In this document: positions 53,999-62,100 of the stretch, in pieces
Position numbering within the stretch: the stretch's first letter is position 1
Layout of the letters: the number at the start of each line of letters is the position of its first letter
Source of the DNA: Pirellulales bacterium
GTDB lineage: Bacteria; Planctomycetota; Planctomycetia; Pirellulales; Pirellulaceae
Reading direction: 5' to 3'
Assembly: GCA_046349855.1 (NCBI GenBank)
Contig: JAXMBM010000013.1
Coordinates: 4,269 to 68,268, forward strand
Length of the DNA stretch: 64,000 bases
The notes under the pieces: generated by a model
What the model saw: the letters and a program-made list of their open reading frames with translations, nothing else
What the model was told of the DNA's origin: nothing
Databases searched by the model: none
Translations under genes and position numbers: made by a program

Positions 53999-56900
53999 AT
54001 GTTCGACTGGCTGGCTGATATGGCTCTCAAGGGGCTGATACTGCAGGTCGTGGTACTCCTGGTGGCGTGGAGCGGACGCCGCTCGTCGGCCGCCCGCCGT
54101 CACCTGATCTGGTTCGCTGGAGTGGCGGGACTGCTGGGCCTGCCGCTGCTGTCGGCCGTCTTGCCAGCCTGGCGTGTGGCTGGGTGGCCAGCGTGGGGGC
54201 GAGACACCGCGCAGGTGGCTTCGGGGTCCGGGACCGTCTCGGCGGATGGTTCAAGCCGCGGGGACATGCCCAGGCCGGGCGTCACTGGGGATTCGGTCTG
54301 GACAGCGCCGCTGCCGGGCGAGGCCGAGTCGACACTGCCATCGCCGGCGCGGCCGGTGACGGCGGCGCCTGGATCGGCCAGCGCGACGGGAGCCGCGGGC
54401 GTGGAGTCGGCTCGCGGCGGCGCGGCGTGGTTCCACGGGTGGCACGTTCTGGTCGCAGTCTGGTTTCTCGGAGCGGCGGCCACGTTGCTGCCGACGATTC
54501 TCGGGTGCTTCCAAGTGGTGCGGTTGCGGCGCCGGGCGCGGCTGCCCGAGTGGGCTTTCTGGCAGACCGAACTGGAATCGGCACGAGCGTGGATGGGCTG
54601 TCGTCGTCCCATCACGTTGCTCGTCAGTTCCGCGGTGACACTCCCAATTACGTTCGGTGTCTGGCGTCCCGTCCTGGTGGTGCCCGAGGAAGCGGAGGGG
54701 TGGACGCGAGAGCGCTGGCGGATGGTGTTGCTCCACGAACTGGCGCACGTCGGGCGCGGTGACTGGTTGATTCAGTTGATCACTCAGTTGGCCTGTGCCG
54801 TGCACTGGTTCAATCCCGGGGTCTGGCTGTCGGCGCGGCAACTGCAACTGTTGCGCGAGCAGGCTTGCGACGATCTGGTGCTGGCAGCGGGAGTGCGGCC
54901 GAGCGACTATGCGGAGGAACTGTTGACCCTGGCTCGACAAGATGTCGGCGGCCGCTGGTTCTCGCTGGCCACCGTTCCCATGGCCCGCCGCTCGACGCTC
55001 GAGACGCGATTGCGGGCGGTGCTGGACCGGCAGCGCAATCGGGCGGCGTTGAACGCGAGGACCGCGGCCGTTGCGCTGGTTCTGGTCGGCGCGCTGCTGG
55101 TGCCGCTGGCGATGTTGCAGGCCGCAGGTCCGCGCGAGGTCGAATCGCCTCGACCAGAGGAATCCGCTCAAGGGATTCACGTACGGGTGCTGGACGCGCG
55201 CGGCGAGCGGAAGCTGGCGGAATTTCGCGTGGTGGCCGGAGTGCCCTCGGGGGGAGTGGCGGCCGACTATGAGCGGCGGACGGGACGAGCGGTGATCAAT
55301 TGGCAACCGCATACGCTGCAAGTGGGCCGTGATGGAAGTTACGTCTGGCCGCTCAACAAGGCCTACGAAGAGATGGCGCTCCGGGTGGAGGCCGATGGCT
55401 ACGTGCCCCAGACGGTCACGGGAGTGCGGCGAGCGGCGGGACCGCGGCAGGTGGAGTTCCGTTTGGTCGAGGATCCGGGAGTGGCGGGGCGTGTCCTAAG
55501 GCCGGATGGTGGTCCGGCCGCAGGGGCCACGATTGCACTCGCGATGGCTCAGCGCGATGCCGTCTGGGAGGATGGTCGGATCCGGGGAGTGACCGAACCT
55601 CCGCCACCCCGACCCGCCGATCGCTGGCGTCTGCCAGTGATGCGGCGGACCAACGCCCAAGGGGAGTTCGTCTTGCCCAGCGAAGTCGAACCGGCGGCCG
55701 TGCTGATCGTGCACGAGTCCGGGGTGCGCGAGTTGGCGTACGAGGCGTGGCGAGCGGCGACGACCGTGACCTTGCAACCCTGGGGACGCATCGAAGGTCA
55801 GGTGCTCTGGCAGGACCAGCCCGGAGCGGGCGAACCGGTAAGTTTAATTGTCCATCGCGATGACTATGGCTATCCCGGAATGGTTGCCAGCTACGCGCAG
55901 ACGCAGTGCGACGCCGAGGGTCGGTTTGTGTTCGAGCGAGTTCTGCCGGGGCTCTGCCAGATCTCGCGGCCCATGCGATTGTCGGCGACCGATGCACCGT
56001 CGGAGGGCCCTCAGTTTCACCGTCCGCTGCGCCACGTGCAGGTGGTGGCCGGGACCGCGACCCCCACGGTACTCGGGGGACGTGGTCGCGTGGTGCGCGG
56101 CCGCCTGACGGGACGCGACTCGTGGCAAGGGGTTGTCTGGCAGCTGTCGCTGAGAGCGTCTTCGTTCGACTGGCGGGACGAGATGGCGGCCAAGGCGTTT
56201 GAGGCATTTCGGGCCAGCGGTCCGGGACGGCTGTATTTCCGTTCGGCGCAGCCGCTGAATGAAGATGGATCGTTCACGATCGCCGGACTGCTGCCCGGTG
56301 AATACCAGTGGACCGTCTCGGTTCCGGGTGAAAGTCGACCGCTGTTGTCGCGGACGATCCGGCTGGCTCCGGAAGAACCCGGAGTGAAGCTGGAACCGTG
56401 GGATCTGGGGACGATGTCGCTCACGGCGACCGAGCCGGCGGCGGTCGACGTACCGAACGACGCTGCACCTCAACGGGCGACCAACCCCGAGAAGACGCCC
56501 GCAGCGGATCGTGCGTCCGGCGCGGAGGTACCGAGCGACACGGCTGCGCCCGACGTGGATGCCTTTCTGGCCCGCGTCCAAGCGACGCGGCGTGGGATCT
56601 TCGGTGGTGGTCCCGTGGGACGCGACGCTGCCGGTCGTGTGGTCGCGTTGGGGCTGAGCGAGTTCCAGTTACAACCCGGCGACGCGCGTCTCATCGGACA
56701 ACTCACCCACCTCGTGCGACTGCATCTGCAGCGTTCTAACGTCGGCGATGCCGATCTGCGGGAGTGGCGCGCACTGCGGCAATTGCGGGAGCTGAATCTC
56801 TGGGACACGAAGATCACGGATGCCGGGGTCGCGGAGTTGGCGTCACTGACCACGCTCGAATCGTTGCGACTGGGCGGGACGGGCATCACCGACGCGAGTC

Positions 56901-58807
56901 TGACGCAGCTGGCCAAACTGACCGGGCTGCGGGAGCTCGATCTGACACGAACGCGCGTGACCGATGCGGGATTGCCGGCGCTGACGCCGCTACGACAACT
57001 GGTCGCGCTCAAGCTGGCCGATACGGCGATCAGCGATGCCGGACTGCCCGTGCTGCGGCAATGGAAGACGCTGCGAGGCGTTACGTTGGACGAAACGGGC
57101 GTCACCGTCGCGGGGTTGACGGAGCTGAGTTCGGCGTTGACGTGGATGCAATCGGACCTGCATGTGGCCGAAGAACTGGCCGCCCGTCAGTCGGCGGGCG
57201 ATGCGCTGGGAGTCCGATCGCTGTTGTCGGTGGGAGTCGACTTGCCGACCGCGGGCCAATTCCGCACCCGGTCGCTCACCGCCCAGCCGCTGACGGCTCG
57301 TGACACCGAGCTGCAGCGCACCCGATATCGTCTCGTCTGGGACTGGAAGCATGAGGGCCGGGACGAAGGATTGTTCGCGGAGATCGCCGTGCTGCAGCGG
57401 AGTGTGCGGATCCAGGAGGCCGGATTGTTGGAAGCTCCTCGTCCGCCGGCAGCTCCGAAGCCGCCTGCCGCGCCGGCCGCCGCTCCACCGGGTACTCCGC
57501 AGAAACCGACGGATCCAGCTGCACCGGGGGCGACCGCTGACCCTCCCGCAGCTCCACCGACCGCTGCGGCCGCTCCGGCGGCGCCTGCGAAGGTGGAAAC
57601 GGAAACGGTCACGATCCAGGGGAAGGCGGTCGATGCCGTTACGGGTCAGCCCGTGGGAGCGTTGATTGTCCAGGGGGGCAAATTCGATCCGGCGCAACCG
57701 GCGGCCGTGACGTGGGGTTTCAGTGAAGGGCGGTCGAGCGCCACGGACGGATCTTTCTCGACCACGGTGCGGTGGGCCGAGGGGTGGACGGCGCGAGTGC
57801 TGGCGGATGGCTATCTACCGCACCCCGTACTGACGCAAGCGCCACCCGCGGGGAAGAAGGTGGTGGAGGTGGTGTTGCGTCTGCAACGAGGACGGCTGGT
57901 GCGGGGGAGCGTGTTCGACGCCCAGGGTCAGCCGGTACCGCGGGCGACGGTCTGGGCGCTCGGGCCGACAGGATTGAACCTCGCGGGCGGCCAGGCCTGG
58001 ACGACCTGGGGGGAAGTGGATCGAGTCCCGCAGGCGGTGCTGACCGACGCCGCGGGCAAGTTTGAACTTCCCAGCGGAGACGCGGATCGACTGGCCGTGT
58101 CCTGTTCGCTGATCGATGCCTGGCCGGCAGCGATTGCCCAGGAAGGGGAGACGGTTGTGCGTCTTCCGGAGGCGGCGCGTGTCGAGGTGGAATACGATAT
58201 CGAGGGCGGCGATCCGAAGAGCACATTCTTCCTGCAGTTGCTGGGCCACCTGGATCCTCAGTTCGTACGACTCAACTGCACTCAGGTCCGTCCGCTGCCG
58301 CTGGGAGGCAAATTGACGTTGGCGGCCCTGCCTCCCGGCAAGTATCAGTTCTGCCGGCAATTGATGCTCCGCGTGGGGGAGTTGGGATTCGGCGCCATGC
58401 TGGAGCGGGAGTTCGTCGAATTGAAGCCGGGCCAGACACACACGATTCGCTATGTCCGGCCGCGCGGCGCTCGAGTGGCGGGACGCGTGGTCGCACCTGC
58501 CGGTGTCGTACTGTCAGGGACTCTGGTGTCGATCGAGAGCGAGAAGGAAGAGCCCGATATGTTCGCCGGTCAGAACTGGACGATGAAGTATGCCTCGCTC
58601 ACCGCGGGTGAAGATGGACATTTCCTTTCGGAACGGATCGCTCCCGGCACGTATGTTCTTTCTGCCAGCGGCTACGTTCCGCTGACACCGGAACAGCGAG
58701 TTCGTTCGGGGATCATCCAGCCGAAATACAAAGCTCAGACGATGATACGGGTGCCCGAGTCGGGCCAGATCACCGTGCCCGATGTGACGCTCGAGCCAGT
58801 GCGCTGA
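53999..58807 (+). CDS. BlaR1-like M56 peptidase-domain membrane sensor with a very large extracytoplasmic extension that includes leucine-rich repeats
   Basis: The 1602-aa ORF has GGGAGGA upstream. The zinc site is HELAHVGRGDW (HExxH) after 3-4 TM helices. The LRR block reads LRELNLWDTKITDAGVAELASLTTLESLRLGGTGITDASLTQLAKLTGLRELDLTRTRVTDAGLPAL. A Pro/Ala linker and repeated beta-rich modules follow. Confidence 0.85.
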   Translation: MFDWLADMALKGLILQVVVLLVAWSGRRSSAARRHLIWFAGVAGLLGLPLLSAVLPAWRVAGWPAWGRDTAQVASGSGTVSADGSSRGDMPRPGVTGDSVWTAPLPGEAESTLPSPARPVTAAPGSASATGAAGVESARGGAAWFHGWHVLVAVWFLGAAATLLPTILGCFQVVRLRRRARLPEWAFWQTELESARAWMGCRRPITLLVSSAVTLPITFGVWRPVLVVPEEAEGWTRERWRMVLLHELAHVGRGDWLIQLITQLACAVHWFNPGVWLSARQLQLLREQACDDLVLAAGVRPSDYAEELLTLARQDVGGRWFSLATVPMARRSTLETRLRAVLDRQRNRAALNARTAAVALVLVGALLVPLAMLQAAGPREVESPRPEESAQGIHVRVLDARGERKLAEFRVVAGVPSGGVAADYERRTGRAVINWQPHTLQVGRDGSYVWPLNKAYEEMALRVEADGYVPQTVTGVRRAAGPRQVEFRLVEDPGVAGRVLRPDGGPAAGATIALAMAQRDAVWEDGRIRGVTEPPPPRPADRWRLPVMRRTNAQGEFVLPSEVEPAAVLIVHESGVRELAYEAWRAATTVTLQPWGRIEGQVLWQDQPGAGEPVSLIVHRDDYGYPGMVASYAQTQCDAEGRFVFERVLPGLCQISRPMRLSATDAPSEGPQFHRPLRHVQVVAGTATPTVLGGRGRVVRGRLTGRDSWQGVVWQLSLRASSFDWRDEMAAKAFEAFRASGPGRLYFRSAQPLNEDGSFTIAGLLPGEYQWTVSVPGESRPLLSRTIRLAPEEPGVKLEPWDLGTMSLTATEPAAVDVPNDAAPQRATNPEKTPAADRASGAEVPSDTAAPDVDAFLARVQATRRGIFGGGPVGRDAAGRVVALGLSEFQLQPGDARLIGQLTHLVRLHLQRSNVGDADLREWRALRQLRELNLWDTKITDAGVAELASLTTLESLRLGGTGITDASLTQLAKLTGLRELDLTRTRVTDAGLPALTPLRQLVALKLADTAISDAGLPVLRQWKTLRGVTLDETGVTVAGLTELSSALTWMQSDLHVAEELAARQSAGDALGVRSLLSVGVDLPTAGQFRTRSLTAQPLTARDTELQRTRYRLVWDWKHEGRDEGLFAEIAVLQRSVRIQEAGLLEAPRPPAAPKPPAAPAAAPPGTPQKPTDPAAPGATADPPAAPPTAAAAPAAPAKVETETVTIQGKAVDAVTGQPVGALIVQGGKFDPAQPAAVTWGFSEGRSSATDGSFSTTVRWAEGWTARVLADGYLPHPVLTQAPPAGKKVVEVVLRLQRGRLVRGSVFDAQGQPVPRATVWALGPTGLNLAGGQAWTTWGEVDRVPQAVLTDAAGKFELPSGDADRLAVSCSLIDAWPAAIAQEGETVVRLPEAARVEVEYDIEGGDPKSTFFLQLLGHLDPQFVRLNCTQVRPLPLGGKLTLAALPPGKYQFCRQLMLRVGELGFGAMLEREFVELKPGQTHTIRYVRPRGARVAGRVVAPAGVVLSGTLVSIESEKEEPDMFAGQNWTMKYASLTAGEDGHFLSERIAPGTYVLSASGYVPLTPEQRVRSGIIQPKYKAQTMIRVPESGQITVPDVTLEPVR

Positions 58808-58922
58808 AACGCGTGACGCAAGTCTACCGCCGAGGCGATCTGGTAACCACGAAAGACACGAAAAAGCAGGAAGATTGAGCTCGGCAGTTCACTCGGATGT
58901 GTCGCTCGGATTTGTCGTGGAT

Positions 58923-58970
58923 CGCTCCGCGATCCAACGCCTCGGTGTCCGGACGTTGGATCGCGGAGCG
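58923..58970. terminator. Strong hairpin (17-bp perfect stem, 14-nt loop) between convergent genes. Candidate bidirectional terminator.
   Basis: CGCTCCGCGATCCAACG - CCTCGGTGTCCGGA - CGTTGGATCGCGGAGCG. No clear U-tract on either side. Confidence 0.45.
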
Positions 58971-59132
58971 CTTCACGACAATGGCCCGCATTGCCATCAT
59001 CCACGCCAGGTCGCACCCCGCCTCCCGGGAAGCACCGGACGTGAACTCCGCATCTCGCCGCACTCCCGAATCCTGGCTTCCACTCAGCTCCACGGTGGCA
59101 TGCGTGGTGTCACCTTCAGTGAGTTCCGTCGC

Positions 59133-62100
59133 TCAGCCATCCTGCTTGGTCATCCTGTCCGTCGCGGACGTCGTGATCCTCCTCATCAGACTTCCAGCCA
59201 ACGCGCCGAGCATGCCGCCGGCCAGGACATGGACCCATCCCAGTCCGATGCCCAGCACGAGCATGGCTGGTTCGAGTACGGCGAGTTCACCCCGAGTGAC
59301 CAGGATCGAACGTCCCCAGATTCGTAATGACAACTCATAGCTCGTATTGGTGACGGCCCCCACGCTGGCATCCGTGGAGGCGATACCGATCACGGCTCCG
59401 AGGATGCCGCCGACGAACACGGCGCCGTAAATCCACCACGCTCCGGGGAGCGATCGACCAAGCCCACGCAGCAGCCATACGCCGACGACGAGCCCAGCCA
59501 TGGCCGCCAAGCCCCAGAGGGAAAGGGGCACGAGCGCCAGTGCGGCGGAACGGTAGACGAGGAATACCTCGGCGATCATCGCGGTCGTGCCACCCAGCAC
59601 GGCGACCGCTCCAGCCATGCACCGCACGAGCGCCCAGCGTGGAGTTCCACCGGCCGGGCGAGATAATCGGGGTGTTCGCGGCCCCAACACTCGACGAATT
59701 GCCGCGGCTGCCAGTCCCAGCCAGCTGGCGATGATCGCCGCCGGCATCCACAGATTGAGCATGGGCGGTCCTGTCCAGCGAAACGACTCGCCGGGGCCCA
59801 GCGTGGAGACCGCATTCCGGTAGCCGATTCCGCCGAACAACAGGGTGATTGCCAGTGATCCGCCCAGCAGCGCCGTGAGGTGAATCCACTCGCGATGCCA
59901 GATCCAACGAATCACCAGGGCGGGAAACACCAGGACGAAGAGACCGCTGGCGGCGGTGATCCACAAGCGCATCAGGGTGGGAGGCTCTGACACGCCGTCC
60001 CCCAACCGCATGAGCAAGTTGCTGGTGACGATCACATAAGCTACCAGGACCGGAGCCATCAGCCACGTCTTGAGGTTCCAGCGGCCTCGCCGCACCGCCA
60101 GATACACGGGAATCAGCGGGACGACGATCAGGAGACTGCCGCACAGAGCAGCCAGCCACAGATGGTTATCTGCCCGTCCTGCATAGTCCCAGGGAAGCCG
60201 TCGCAGGAAGCGTCCATCGGCCGCGGGTGCCGGCAATTCACCCTCTCGGATGCCAGGTACATAACGACCCGCTTCATCAACGCGCAATGCGACGCGCACC
60301 AGTGAGTCTTCGCCGACGGAGAGCAGTTGAGGCAACTTATCGGTCGCCCCGCTGCCGACCAACCGGGATTCGCGTGGGTGAGCGGCGATCGGGACGCCCG
60401 TCTCACAGCGCCACAGGACGGCTCCGGTACGAGCGTCGATTGCGGCATACCCGGCGTGATCGGACACCACCAGGCGAGGGCCGCTGGTGGGTGACTCGAC
60501 GGCCATCACTTCGCCCATACGTTGGATGGTCTCCGGCCAGCAGGAAGTGCCGTCCGGACGCTCCAGGCGAAGCCGGCTGCTGCGTGTCAGGGCAATTTCT
60601 TCCTGACCGTCGCCATCGACATCCAGGGGCCAGAGTCGCGTTGTCGCCGGATCACTGGTCCACGACTTTTCGCCGATATTGCGGCGGAGAAGCGTGCCGT
60701 CTGGATTCAGCCAGGTCAGCGCGTCACCGCCGCTGTTCGGCGTTTGATCGTATTCCCGGACCACGATCAGTCGTCCTCCCTTTTCCGTGCTGCGAACGGC
60801 GGCGACATTCAGCTGCGACGCCATCTGTTCATGCGGTGTGCCACCACTTTGCCATTCATGTTGCCACAATTCGCGACCATCCTGGCCCCGCAGCGCCGTG
60901 ACCCGGCACGTCCGACTGGTCGCCGTCAAGTCGTTCCTCCGTGAGTCGAGCAGTGTCTCGGCGACGACGATCGTCGGTCTATCGCCGGCCACCAGTTCCG
61001 TTACCACCACCACGGGCATGCGTGTGATCACAGCAGCGGATCGTCGAATGTTCGACAGGGTGGTTGCGAGTCGGCGTGACGGCCACAGCGTCCTGCCCTC
61101 GCGGCCGCTCACCGCTTCGATGTCGAATTGAAAGGGACCCGAGGGATAACTGCCGCTGGCCTGAGGACGGGGAACGGTCAGGACGAAGTCTCGAGTGCCG
61201 TCACCGTCCAGGTCGAGCACTTCCGGGGCGACGAACCAGGGCAATTCTTCGCTGCCGATGGCGGAGGCGAGCAAGTGGACATCACCCACCGGCCGTTGCC
61301 ACCGGAAGGTGCCGCGGTCTGGGTCGATCATGGCGAGCCAGAGTTGGCCCAGCATGCCGCTCCACGTCGCTTCCCCCCACTCCAGTCGATAGGTCACCAG
61401 CAATTCCAGCCGGCCGTCACCATCGTAGTCCTCGCCGCGGACTTCGATGCCCAGGACGAAGACGGTTTGCGGATTGCGTTCGAGCAGGCTGGCCGGCAGT
61501 GTCCATTGCGGCTCCCGCCACAGCAGGTGTCCCGTACGACCGTCGATCGCTTGCAGGGGAAAGGGATGTGTCGCCGTGCGGGCGGACGTGGGGAGCGGAT
61601 TGAGGTGGTATTCGCCCGCCAGCAGCAGATCCGCCGTATGATCGCCGCCCAGGTTCCCCATCGGTGCGGGCCAACTGAAGGCCTGCAGGGGAGCACGCAA
61701 CGCGCGACTCGTCCACGCCGGATGAATGGTCTGCAGTAGCCGACCATCGGTCGCGCGCAGGATTCGTACATGCCGGCCGTCCTGCGCATCGACGTCGACG
61801 TATTCGGCGCGCCCGTCGTGGTCCAGATCTTGCGCGGCTTGCAATCTTCCCAGACGCCGCCAGACCACCGGCGCCTTGCTGCGGTACGCCTGGATCTGCT
61901 GTCCGTCCAGCGATTCGCGCGCTACCAGCAGGTCGATCAGTCCATCGCCATCGAGGTCCGGCAGGTGCCATGATCCGACATCGTCGACGCGCTGCGTTTC
62001 GCGTCCCTCGAGCGGGGAGAGGACGTGCAGGCGACGGCGATTGCGCGGCGCCGAGTCATTGCGCGTGGCCACGACCAGCTGGGGGAATCCGCGGGCATCG

